Source of the DNA: Methanomassiliicoccales archaeon
GTDB taxonomy: Archaea > Thermoplasmatota > Thermoplasmata > RBG-16-68-12 > SOIM01
Direction of reading: 5' to 3'
Assembly: GCA_030593885.1 (NCBI GenBank)
Contig: JAUVGH010000002.1
Location: forward strand, 21,922-85,921
Length of the DNA: 64,000 nt
Below the pieces are notes generated by a model, which was not told the origin of the DNA, made no database searches, and worked only from the letters and a program-made list of their open reading frames with translations. Both the position numbers and the translations under genes were made by a program. Positions 29,001-37,283 of this stretch are shown in pieces (within the stretch, counting starts at the first letter, position 1; each line of letters starts with the position of its first letter).

Positions 29001-31271
29001 TGCTCGATTGCACTTGACTCCAAGGACCAGGTCCACATTACTTACCAGGATGTGGGGAACGGACCTCTGAAGTACGCCAAGAAGTTGGACGGTGTATGGA
29101 ATGTCGGGATAGTCGGGGATGTGGCTCCTGCAGCAGGCTGGTACAACTCGCTGGCCATTGACAGCAACGATCAACCCCACGTGGCTTACCTCAGCTGGGC
29201 CAGCTTCGCAATCAAGTACACATACTTCGATGGGAAGAAGTGGACGTTCATTCATGTGGACAGCAAGGGATGGAAACAGGTCTCTTTGGCGCTTGATTCC
29301 AACGATCAGCCTCACTTGGCGTACAACGACAGGACCGAACTTGGTGCGAAGTACACTTACTGGGATGGTTCCACCTGGGTGATGCAGATTGTCGACGATT
29401 CCTCTCCTTGGGTGGGCACATACGCGAATCTGGCATTGACCGAGGATGACAAGCCGGTAATGTCGTATTATGATGAGACCCGAGGCGATCTGAAGTTCGC
29501 CAGACCCGAGTATCCGGCTTCGAACACGGCCAAAGTGGACTTCGTCCACAGCGTCGGGATGTACAATTCATTGGAGTTGGATGACTTCGGGGCAGCCCAC
29601 ATCAGCTACTACGACAATGAAGCGGGCGAGCTGAGGTATGCAAAATGGGTACCTGGGGGCTTCAGTGTGGAAACGGTGGATGCATCTGGGGACGTGGGTA
29701 TGTACACCTCTCTTGAGTTGAATTCTCTTGGCTATCCGATGATCTCGTACTATGACGAATCGGGCGGAAATGGGTTGTTCCACACGGAAGGTGCAACAGA
29801 CGGGAGCGAGGCGTGGACGGAAGATGTCCAATTGAACGAGAGAGTCAAGAGGGACATAGGATCGCCTGAAGTAGAGGTCGAGAAGAAGACGGTCCACGTG
29901 GTCTGGGACGAGTTCAATCTGTACTCGAGACAGTCCAACATCTTCTACAAGAGGAGCAATGACAACGGAACGGCCTGGCCGTATCCAGATATCGCCATCA
30001 ATGATGATACGACCACTGGACAGATATTCAGTCAGAATCCCAGCATGCAGGTGAACGGTGCGACCATCGAGGTTGCGTGGGAACGCAGCGTGAGCGTGGG
30101 GATAGGACTGTCCAATGAGGAATTGATATATGACATTAACAGGGCGAACGGAGGCCCTTCTGGCTGGGGTCCGGACCGAGTAGTGTCCCCCAATCCGCCG
30201 ATCTTCCCGCGATTCAAGGCGTACCAGGCGTCCATGAGGACGGTTGGCAACGACAGGCACATGGTCTGGATATTCTGGGGCGGGGTCACGGTACAAGAGA
30301 TCGAGTACTTCGGGATATCGGATGATCTGTTGGAAGTCGGAGACTTGACCGAGGGCAGGAAGGGGGCCTCCAGCGTTTTCGTGATAGACCCATTGACCCT
30401 CAGGAATGAGATAATCGTGGTGGGAGGCAAGAACCAATCTGGATTCCTGGACAGGGTCACGAAGGTCGATGCGAGGACCGGGGCCGAACAGGATTACTGC
30501 AACCTCCCAACTGGTCTGGCCTATACGTCGGTTGTCTGGGACGACAAGGATTCGGTGTTCATCTTCGGAGGACTTTCGAGCACTGGAGCTGAGGCGAGTA
30601 TTCTGAGAGTGAATCTGTCGACCGCGGTCCCAGGAGACATGTGCACGGACACAGGGTTTACACTTGCTTCTGGGAGATACGGCACTTCAGCAGTTTACGA
30701 TGAATCGACCGATACCGCGTACGTGTTCGGGGGTACAGATGGTGCTGGGACATACTCCGCGGAGATAGTGAAATGGCCCAGATTGGGCGTGCCAGTAGGT
30801 TTCGGTATTCTGCCTTCCGAGAGGGCTTTCACTTCGGCAGTCTGGGATCACGATAGAAACAAGGCTTTCGTTTTCGGAGGCCTGGGTCAATTGGGACATC
30901 TGGACGAGATAGTTGAGTTCAGGGACGTTGGTGTACCAGATGTTGCCGTTCTTTCCAATGCTAAGCTGCCAACGGCAAGGTCCGCCACGTCAGCTGCATA
31001 CGACGGAACTTACGCATACATCATCGGCGGCGTATCGAACACCGGAGCCATCTCCGAGATCGTCAGGTTCAACCCGAGAGGCGACTGGACGGCAGGCGTG
31101 ATATTGGCCTGTACTGAGCTCCCTCAAGGACTGGAGAACGCATCGGCATCGATGTCAGCAAGCGCCAGATCGCACATCGGCGGGATATTCGTGGTGGGCG
31201 GTGAGAACGAGACTGCCATCATGTTAGATGTCTGGAGCTATAAGCCGGCCTACTGGGGGTACCTCGACTAG
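26019..31271 (+). CDS. Secreted 1750-aa repeat protein: about 25 copies of a ~45-aa 'HISYYDxTNGDLKYA...W....VD..GDVGxYTSLAxD' repeat, 3 BNR/Asp-box motifs, C-terminal Kelch-like repeats
   Basis: N-terminal TM/signal. Highly regular 45-aa periodicity through aa 60-1230. Asp-boxes 'RSDDKGKTW', 'RSDDNGDTW', 'RSNDNGTAW'. Kelch-like 'FIFGG/YVFGG/FVFGG/YIIGG' blades at the C-terminus. Confidence 0.85.
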   Translation: MMLGRNRGATRILAIAIVLILPVLGVMDLSRSNLWTLEETFESTFDLMYAAMGFTWTTQTIDTRGSMGPYTSLELDSNELPHISYYDETNGDLRYVDRFGSGWLITIVDSAGDVGLYTSLALDQFDRPHISYYKKSTGDLKYAYHDGNAFQITTVDHLRNTGLFTSMVLDSSDTPYISYYEKDLGALKFAVLNGTDWETYYLDDVGDVGLYTSIALDPDENPSISYYDKTRGDLKLIRFNGTAWQTPRIIDAGGDVGLYASLAIGNNGVPHISYFDKTKGDLKFAVAQQWFMDIKTISSAGVRGMYTSLVLGSDGLAHISYYDKTNGDLRYAFGMGFDWQDMDVHMDGDTGLYTSIEVNSENRPLISYVGPSFEGSADPAVGVDCDRGDSCSYVHMVWVETYQTSRNAYQRVYYQRSDDKGKTWDMDIRPISGEWRHFASFPNMLMSGPPVISVIGKTIHVIWAHEFTVGFASRGGIFYQRSDDNGDTWLPSEVRVDDVPSSAPSPALPESVSMYADEDYINVVWMSDLKIYSTRSLVSEARTSSGWVTEFGKHSSVVADVSGRTFIASFDESRGDLLISASGGFGEFDTEVIDWTGIVGQHTSIALGPGTYPYPSIAYYDETNGDLRFAEWNGSHWLISTVDSVDDVGHYASLKIDSNALAHIAYYDLTKGELRYARWDGMSWLLDIVDDFGDVGQYASLDLDRDDLPSISYYNATGKELKFTSWNGTAWNNEMVDDSADVGKYSSLAVDSEHHPHISYYDETNKHVKYAFHNGTAWEIELADGTDLVGEYTSIALESGNVPFISYYDMGNTNLKLTRKSPSGWMSEVLDDDGNVGKYTSVATDMFNEVYISYYDETNQRLKLYSTSLGWRRQAVQRDEMISYPLYGEARDKYRTASTPDIDGDEGRVHVVYSESISPKGDLKFAQWNGTQWRTETIDEEGMVGMDTSLVVDSFDRPHICYFDQSNTRLKYTHWTGTEWQIEVVDDGIDVGRECSIALDSKDQVHITYQDVGNGPLKYAKKLDGVWNVGIVGDVAPAAGWYNSLAIDSNDQPHVAYLSWASFAIKYTYFDGKKWTFIHVDSKGWKQVSLALDSNDQPHLAYNDRTELGAKYTYWDGSTWVMQIVDDSSPWVGTYANLALTEDDKPVMSYYDETRGDLKFARPEYPASNTAKVDFVHSVGMYNSLELDDFGAAHISYYDNEAGELRYAKWVPGGFSVETVDASGDVGMYTSLELNSLGYPMISYYDESGGNGLFHTEGATDGSEAWTEDVQLNERVKRDIGSPEVEVEKKTVHVVWDEFNLYSRQSNIFYKRSNDNGTAWPYPDIAINDDTTTGQIFSQNPSMQVNGATIEVAWERSVSVGIGLSNEELIYDINRANGGPSGWGPDRVVSPNPPIFPRFKAYQASMRTVGNDRHMVWIFWGGVTVQEIEYFGISDDLLEVGDLTEGRKGASSVFVIDPLTLRNEIIVVGGKNQSGFLDRVTKVDARTGAEQDYCNLPTGLAYTSVVWDDKDSVFIFGGLSSTGAEASILRVNLSTAVPGDMCTDTGFTLASGRYGTSAVYDESTDTAYVFGGTDGAGTYSAEIVKWPRLGVPVGFGILPSERAFTSAVWDHDRNKAFVFGGLGQLGHLDEIVEFRDVGVPDVAVLSNAKLPTARSATSAAYDGTYAYIIGGVSNTGAISEIVRFNPRGDWTAGVILACTELPQGLENASASMSASARSHIGGIFVVGGENETAIMLDVWSYKPAYWGYLD

Positions 31272-31282
31272 AGAGTGAATTC

Positions 31283-33424
31283 ATGGAATCTCACAGGAAG
31301 AACAAGACACGCAACTTCGCAAGAGGGGCAGCCCTGTTCATATCCACGTTCATTCTCTTGATGAGCTTTGTCGTCATCGGCCCAGCGACCGAGGTTCAGG
31401 CTGGAAAGATGGTCCGCGGAATAATCTTCTTCGACACGAACTGGACCCTGGCCGACAGCCCCATATGGGTGGAGGGGAGCATCCTGTTGCCCCAGGGAGT
31501 CAACTTGACCATAGAGCCAGGGGTGGAGATCAGATTCAACGGGAACTTCACAATGTGGGTGAACGGCAACTTCACATCTCTCGGGACATCGGCCAACAAG
31601 ATTGTGTTCAAGTCCAACAGCACCACGCCAGGATACAACGACTGGTTCAAGATAAGGGCGAATGTGACCAGCAGGTTCGAGGTTTCCCACACTCAATTCC
31701 AGAACGCCTTCTCGGCTATCGAACTCATGGGAAGGGACGGGGACTCTTTCACGAACCTCTCGTTCGAGGATTCGTTCATTGGCATTGCAGCACTCTGGTC
31801 ATCTGGCGTCTCGGTAACGAACAGTTCGTTCACGGATGTCTATCACGGTCTCAAACTGACCAACAGCAGCAACATGGTGAAGAACAACGTGTTCACTGGA
31901 GGGAGAATAGCGACAGACATCTCATGCAACGACGTGGTCAAATTCTGTATAGACAACGTGGTCGAGGGGAATGATTTCTCTGACATGGAAGGTGGAGTGT
32001 ATCTTAGATCCGATTCACAGTGGACTGAGCTCTCAAAAAACAGAATCCACAACAATACATTCCTAGATGTGGACGGACCGATATCCATCTATAACACCGT
32101 GGGTGCCTCAGAGAAGAACGTCATTGAGAACAACTCCATGGAAGCTGGCGGATACGGGGTCTTCCTTACGGGCACGGCGAACAACACGGTTCAAGGTAAC
32201 GACATCACCGGTTTCAGGGAGAGCGTTAGTCTCTACGGAGCAGAACAGAACCTGGTGACCAGGAATGTGATGTCCAGAGGATTAGACGGTATCGTCGTGA
32301 GGGACGGGAACATTGGAAACGAGATATCATTCAACAACATTGTCTCACTAACTGGCTGCGGTGTGGCATTGGTACAAGGAACATCCGACAACCTGATACA
32401 TCACAACAATCTGCTTGACAGCGGCTATAACGGATGCGATCCTGGACTGGGCAATCGATGGGACAACGGCTATCCTTCAGGGGGGAACTTTTGGTCGGAC
32501 TATACGGGTCCAGATGCATTCAACGGGCCCAACCAGGACATACCCGGGGCAGATGCGGTCGGGGACACACCTTACGATACGAGAGGGAGTGGCAGGGACA
32601 ACTATCCACTGCTATGGATGCCGTTCGAAAACATCCCGCTCACGAAACTCAGCGCAGAACTGACCGGACAGAACTTCGAGAACGTCACCATCTCATGGGA
32701 CCTTACCTGGCCCAATGGAAATGTATCTCTGAACATCACCAGGTTTGACGTCTTCAGATCGGATTTATATGAGGAGAGTAGGTCTGGATATCAACTTCTG
32801 GCCTCTTTATCGAATGACACTTTTGAATACGTGGATCTAAAAGCCGGGGAAGGGAATGCCTCCAACTACTTCTACTACGTTTGCGCGGTCAACAAGACGA
32901 GCGTCTCTCACTGCAGCTTGGACCAAGTTGGCAAGTTCACGCGCGCACTGGACACAGGATGGAGCTTGATCTCGGTACCTCTGATCCCGAACGACGCAAG
33001 GACGGCAAATGTGCTGCAAACGACCGCCTTCGACCAGGTGCTCACTTACGATGCGAGGGATTTCGATGACCACTGGAAGGGATATTCTCTGATGAAAATG
33101 CACAACGATATGCCAGAGATGGATGTGTTCAAGGGTTACTGGATCCATGCTATGAGCGACTCCAACCTGACTGTCGCGGGACTGGTACCGACCGTTACCA
33201 GGATACATCACGCCACCGGCTGGAACCTGGTGGGCTACCCGTCCTTCACGAACTTGACGTTCGAATCTGCCTTGGAAGGAAAGCTCTGGGATTCTGCTGA
33301 GGGCTTCGACAATTCATCGATTCCATTCCACTTGAAAGAGTTGTCCGGATTGGACATGATGACTGCTGGCCATGGATATTGGATAAACTTCTCGACCGGT
33401 GGGGTTTGGACGGTTAGGAACTAA
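31283..33424 (+). CDS. Secreted right-handed beta-helix (NosD/pectate-lyase-like) protein with FN3 domain and shared C-terminal tandem module
   Basis: Signal peptide. Parallel beta-helix repeat signatures (N..F.....GI.L..S..N.I.NN), a 'GGNFWSDYTGPDAFNGPNQDIPGADAVGDTPYD' motif, FN3-like region, and the C-terminal module at 32945-33421. Confidence 0.85.
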   Translation: MESHRKNKTRNFARGAALFISTFILLMSFVVIGPATEVQAGKMVRGIIFFDTNWTLADSPIWVEGSILLPQGVNLTIEPGVEIRFNGNFTMWVNGNFTSLGTSANKIVFKSNSTTPGYNDWFKIRANVTSRFEVSHTQFQNAFSAIELMGRDGDSFTNLSFEDSFIGIAALWSSGVSVTNSSFTDVYHGLKLTNSSNMVKNNVFTGGRIATDISCNDVVKFCIDNVVEGNDFSDMEGGVYLRSDSQWTELSKNRIHNNTFLDVDGPISIYNTVGASEKNVIENNSMEAGGYGVFLTGTANNTVQGNDITGFRESVSLYGAEQNLVTRNVMSRGLDGIVVRDGNIGNEISFNNIVSLTGCGVALVQGTSDNLIHHNNLLDSGYNGCDPGLGNRWDNGYPSGGNFWSDYTGPDAFNGPNQDIPGADAVGDTPYDTRGSGRDNYPLLWMPFENIPLTKLSAELTGQNFENVTISWDLTWPNGNVSLNITRFDVFRSDLYEESRSGYQLLASLSNDTFEYVDLKAGEGNASNYFYYVCAVNKTSVSHCSLDQVGKFTRALDTGWSLISVPLIPNDARTANVLQTTAFDQVLTYDARDFDDHWKGYSLMKMHNDMPEMDVFKGYWIHAMSDSNLTVAGLVPTVTRIHHATGWNLVGYPSFTNLTFESALEGKLWDSAEGFDNSSIPFHLKELSGLDMMTAGHGYWINFSTGGVWTVRN

Positions 33425-33459
33425 CCTGAAGCACATGGATCTGGGAATAATGCTTCCAA

Positions 33460-33696
33460 TCAATCCCCAGCGTACAGAAACTCGTCTATCTCTTCGCTAA
33501 GGCGGGCGTTCTTCTTGCCGAAGTGTTCAGGTTTCATATCCAGCAAACTCAAGTTCCCCTTCCGATCTCTTCTTTCTTCCAGCCAAAACCCAATCGCTTG
33601 AGTGACTGCGGTTCCGACTGTGATTCCCTCGAGAGCAGCTCTGGCCTTGAGTCGTCTAAAAGCCTTCTCATCCAAGTTTCGGATTGTGACATCCAT
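33460..33696 (-). CDS. Ribbon-helix-helix DNA-binding protein (FitA/VapB-like antitoxin-type), orphan
   Basis: 'MDVTIRNLDEKAFRRLKARAALEGITVGTAVTQAIGFWLEE' matches the RHH antitoxin N-terminus. The ORF-track extension to 33813 is rejected in favour of the internal ATG at 33696. No cognate toxin is adjacent. Confidence 0.5.
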   Translation of the reverse strand: MDVTIRNLDEKAFRRLKARAALEGITVGTAVTQAIGFWLEERRDRKGNLSLLDMKPEHFGKKNARLSEEIDEFLYAGD

Positions 33697-33780
33697 CAAA
33701 TCACCGTAGATTGACGTGTGTAACGATATGCTTGTGACTCCTCTCGTTGTCCACATTGGCAAAATGTCATCAGAGCACTT

Positions 33781-33902
33781 AACGATTCCCATCGGGAATG
33801 GACCCGCTGACACTTCTTCTGGCCGCTTCCGTTTTTACTCTGATTGGCGTGATTGCAGGGATCGCTACGGTACTCTTCCCGGGACTTGGTAGAATTTCCT
33901 AG
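33781..33902 (+). pseudogene. Truncated, diverged duplicate of the tctA 5' end (upstream leader plus first ~33 codons; MDPLTLLLAASVFTLIGVIAGIATVLFPGLGRIS*)
   Basis: 33781-33886 is ~87% identical to 37267-37372. The first 60 nt are ~95% identical ('aacgattcccatcgggaatggacccgctgacacttctt...'). Confidence 0.6.
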
Positions 33903-36451
33903 TACCCGACGAACGTGAACTTCGACGAAGGACCATCTATCGAAATCTGGTATCCTTCACCTTGAAGGACATCTACGTCATAGACTCCCTGAGGCATCTC
34001 TTTTGCGTGATACTTCCATTCGCCGAACGTTGAATACGCCATGCCGGCAACGTCGGGAATCGCATCACAGTACCAGTCCAAGGAGTTGTTCTCAACGGGC
34101 TTCAACGGGAGGGCAAATGTATCCGAGCCCCACGAATAAACGATTGACATGACGCCGACGCTGTAGGTGCTCGACCCCCGCCAGTTCACATCCCTGACCG
34201 GAACAACAAGGTAATACCACTGAGCGCCGGTCGCCAGCGCGTCTGTGTGCACGGCGGTCGCCCTGGGCAGCCCAGTGGCGGGGACGGTGGCCAGAAGGAA
34301 GTAGTCAGTCCCGGGATATCCTCTCAGACCCTCTGGTGTCATGGAGTAGTAGACTTGATATGTTCCGTTCGGCGGCTCGAATCCGGCTATCTCGCTCCAC
34401 TCAATGACCACATCGCTTCCTTTTATCGTGGCTGTGATCTCCCTGGCGGTCGTTGCCGGGTCGAATCCTCCAAGCGGATAAGGAGGCCATTCACCGAAAT
34501 CTATCATCGAGGCGGGAAGACCAGTGAAGGTGAAGGCGGTTGGAGCGCTGAATGAGACCGAGTACCCCTCGCCGAGAATCATCGCGCGATCGGGGTCTCC
34601 ATCTCCCGGAACCGACAGCCACTTTCCGTCCTCAAGGTAGCTGACGGAGAGGGCTCCTGTCGAGGACGAGAAAGCACTCAGGTTGCTTACCCAGCCGACG
34701 GATGAGTAGTTGACCCATGGATATGGACTGAGAGGAAGGGAGAACGTGGACATGCCCGCGGGGAACTCGTAGGTCCACTTGCCAGCAGTATTGCTGGTCG
34801 CGCTGCTCCTGTTGAGGGTGGAATTGTGCGCTCTCATGACGTAGTATTTTGTGCCAGGAGTGGCCGCGGCACCGGGTATTGTCCAGGACGTTACATTGCC
34901 TACGTCGACGTGCGACGAGAAGTCGAATTCAGTCTGACTGTCCGCAACGTACAGGAAGTAAGAGTCGGCCATGGGCGATCGTCGCCAGCTCAGAACGATG
35001 TCCGCGCCCACGGCCTTCGCCGTCAGCTCGCGCGGAACACCTGGCGCGGGGACGGAGTAGAACGGGTAGAAGTCCTTCCCCTTGGTCGGGATATAGTACG
35101 GCGTGTCCCCGAACCCGTCGGGCCCCGGTATGTCCTGGTTTATCCCTTTGAAGAGGTCGTCTCCCACGTAGTCCGACCAGTGGTTCCCCCCGGATGGATA
35201 CAAGTCGTTCCAGAACGAGCCGTCGGACGAGTCTGATGCCTGCATCCCGTTGTACATGATCCAGTTGTGGTAGACCCTGTGCCCCTGTCCGTCCTCCAGT
35301 CGTATCCCTTCCGCGTTCGCCTCGACCGTGTTGTTGAACACATTCACGAAGCGGGAATCTTCCACCCTCAGACCGATTCTGTTGCCGACCAAGGCATTGT
35401 CTCTGATGATCGTGGACTGAGTCATGTAAACCTCGATCCCCCAGTGTCTGCTGTCCGACACGTGGTTGCCCGCAATCACATTCCCCACGCCGCCGGACAT
35501 GCTACCATCGTCAAAGATTCCCATGCTGTTGTCATGCAGCCGGTTGTTCAGCACAAGCGTGCCACTGCTGCGGTATAGAAATATCCCAAAGGTGCACCTA
35601 CTGATGTCGTTCTCCGTGATGCTCAGTGAGCCTCCAATCACATGGACACCTGCGTAGAACCCATCGATTACGTTCCCATGGATCCTGACATTGGCACCAG
35701 GGTGGACCTCGATTCCGTCGAAGCTGATGGGCGAATGTATGGTGTTGAAGGAGAATTCTCCGAATTCGATCTTCCACGCCTCAATCCCGTCGCCTTCAGA
35801 GGCCACTATCCTGCTCTTCGTGATGATGACCCTCCTCGCGTCACCGATGTTGACAGTGGATCGAGGGCTGAGAATATCGACCTGTTCCAGAACGAGGTCG
35901 CCGCGCATTCCCGCCCCCATGGTCCCCTTATACACGGTTCCATTCACCATGGTCGCGTTGCGGGCGAAGATCGAGCCGTCTAACCGCGCCACAAGTTGCC
36001 ACGGCAACGACGGCAGTGGAGTGACGTTCCAGGTCATCAAGACAGGTTCAGTAACAGTACCGCGGATATCCAATGTGCCAAAAACGGTGATGGTGGCGTT
36101 TAAGTCCAGAAACTGGTTGAACTGTACCTCGACGCCCGGTCCGATCGTGAGGGCCGCGCCCGATAAAATAGTCATTCCCTCCTCGACCCAGTATGGATTT
36201 CCCGTGGCGTTCCAGGTGATGTTGCCTGTGATGATTCCACCCACTCGCGTCCCGGTCAGGCGGTACGGTGGGGAGTCCGCGGCGGGCTCTTCGGATAGCA
36301 AGGAGGACAGGGGCGAGGAGATGGCGGTGAGGAGCAGGAGAGCGCACACCACAATGATAGGCAGCACTCCCTTTCTCGCACTGGGACGTGTGTCACTGCT
36401 CATGTTCGCCCTCTCCATTCGGAGTGCATGCGCATTCCCTCGAATGACCAA
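33899..36451 (-). CDS. Secreted beta-helix (NosD-like) paralog with two FN3-like domains and two copies of the shared C-terminal module (likely start 36418 or 36403)
   Basis: Paralog of 31283..33424, sharing the beta-helix and the 'GGNHWSDYVGDDLFKGINQDIPGPDGFGDTPYY' motif. TM/signal after an internal Met. C-terminal 281 aa (33902-34744) contain module-FN3-module. Confidence 0.8.
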   Translation of the reverse strand: MVIRGNAHALRMERANMSSDTRPSARKGVLPIIVVCALLLLTAISSPLSSLLSEEPAADSPPYRLTGTRVGGIITGNITWNATGNPYWVEEGMTILSGAALTIGPGVEVQFNQFLDLNATITVFGTLDIRGTVTEPVLMTWNVTPLPSLPWQLVARLDGSIFARNATMVNGTVYKGTMGAGMRGDLVLEQVDILSPRSTVNIGDARRVIITKSRIVASEGDGIEAWKIEFGEFSFNTIHSPISFDGIEVHPGANVRIHGNVIDGFYAGVHVIGGSLSITENDISRCTFGIFLYRSSGTLVLNNRLHDNSMGIFDDGSMSGGVGNVIAGNHVSDSRHWGIEVYMTQSTIIRDNALVGNRIGLRVEDSRFVNVFNNTVEANAEGIRLEDGQGHRVYHNWIMYNGMQASDSSDGSFWNDLYPSGGNHWSDYVGDDLFKGINQDIPGPDGFGDTPYYIPTKGKDFYPFYSVPAPGVPRELTAKAVGADIVLSWRRSPMADSYFLYVADSQTEFDFSSHVDVGNVTSWTIPGAAATPGTKYYVMRAHNSTLNRSSATSNTAGKWTYEFPAGMSTFSLPLSPYPWVNYSSVGWVSNLSAFSSSTGALSVSYLEDGKWLSVPGDGDPDRAMILGEGYSVSFSAPTAFTFTGLPASMIDFGEWPPYPLGGFDPATTAREITATIKGSDVVIEWSEIAGFEPPNGTYQVYYSMTPEGLRGYPGTDYFLLATVPATGLPRATAVHTDALATGAQWYYLVVPVRDVNWRGSSTYSVGVMSIVYSWGSDTFALPLKPVENNSLDWYCDAIPDVAGMAYSTFGEWKYHAKEMPQGVYDVDVLQGEGYQISIDGPSSKFTFVGY

Positions 36452-36510
36452 TAGGTTGGACTGTCTTTAAATCTATGCCCGCTTCTAAGGGTTTCCGCCT
36501 CTAGAGGATC

Positions 36511-37011
36511 TCAGACCAGCCCGATACCGTGCACTTTGGAGTCACTGTCGAAACAGTAAGGGACAGTTACCGTTATGCTCGCGAACCACGTGATGCCGAG
36601 CGTGTCGTACTCGTCCACGGGATCCGTCCTGAGGAGCAACGCGGAGGAGCCGGCGGCGTTACCCCCTGTCGAGGGCGGCAGGTTGGTATCTTCATAGTCT
36701 GAGTCCGTCTCCCACGTATAGTTGACCTTGAAGTAGTGGTAAGCCTCTGGACTCCTCGCAGACCTGTTGTCGTACCAAGTCACGTTGAACCAGATATCGA
36801 TCTGGTCGTCTTCGTCGATATCCAAGGAGGTGGGAACCACCACGAACCAAACGTCGGCGCTACAGGAATGCGCTTCAGTGTTCCCGCCCGACGACGCTCC
36901 GAATATTGTTGCTGCTCTGGCCACCTGGGGCAAGAACATGAGGACGCTCACTACCAATGCGAAGCTCACATATCTAAACACAGTCTTTTTCATTTTTCCA
37001 GTTCTTCTCAT
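36511..37011 (-). CDS. Small secreted protein, unknown function (likely start at 36993, MKKTVFRYVSFALVV...)
   Basis: Signal peptide with 'ARA' cleavage-like site. Trp/Asp-rich. No recognisable family. Confidence 0.45.
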   Translation of the reverse strand: MRRTGKMKKTVFRYVSFALVVSVLMFLPQVARAATIFGASSGGNTEAHSCSADVWFVVVPTSLDIDEDDQIDIWFNVTWYDNRSARSPEAYHYFKVNYTWETDSDYEDTNLPPSTGGNAAGSSALLLRTDPVDEYDTLGITWFASITVTVPYCFDSDSKVHGIGLV

Positions 37012-37283
37012 CTTTCATCACCTCCTCTTTGCGACCTCTGGAACCTCTCCTCGGCGTTGGGTGATGCCATCTCACGGATCCCTCTACGAGGCCATTCTCG
37101 AAATCATCTGTTTCTGATTTTAATAGAAGTAGACTCATACTTAAGGCCCAGCACATACAGTTTCACGAGAATCCAGACTAAAGTCACCGACAGGAGGAGA
37201 TTTGAAGTCCAGTCACTAGGAGCATTGGTAAATGGAGTAACCCAACAAAGCGTTATGAGAACACCCAACGATTCCCATCGGGA

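Noticed and set aside
28665-30437. Minus-strand ORFs of 294 aa and 289 aa inside the 1750-aa gene
   Set aside because: Antisense to a strongly supported repeat-protein ORF, and there are no recognisable domains.
31465-31974. 169-aa + strand ORF in an alternative frame of the beta-helix gene
   Set aside because: Out-of-frame overlap. The sequence is Arg/Gln/His-rich and low-complexity.
35691-36470. + strand 259-aa ORF
   Set aside because: Antisense to the 850-aa beta-helix paralog, which has clear domain content.
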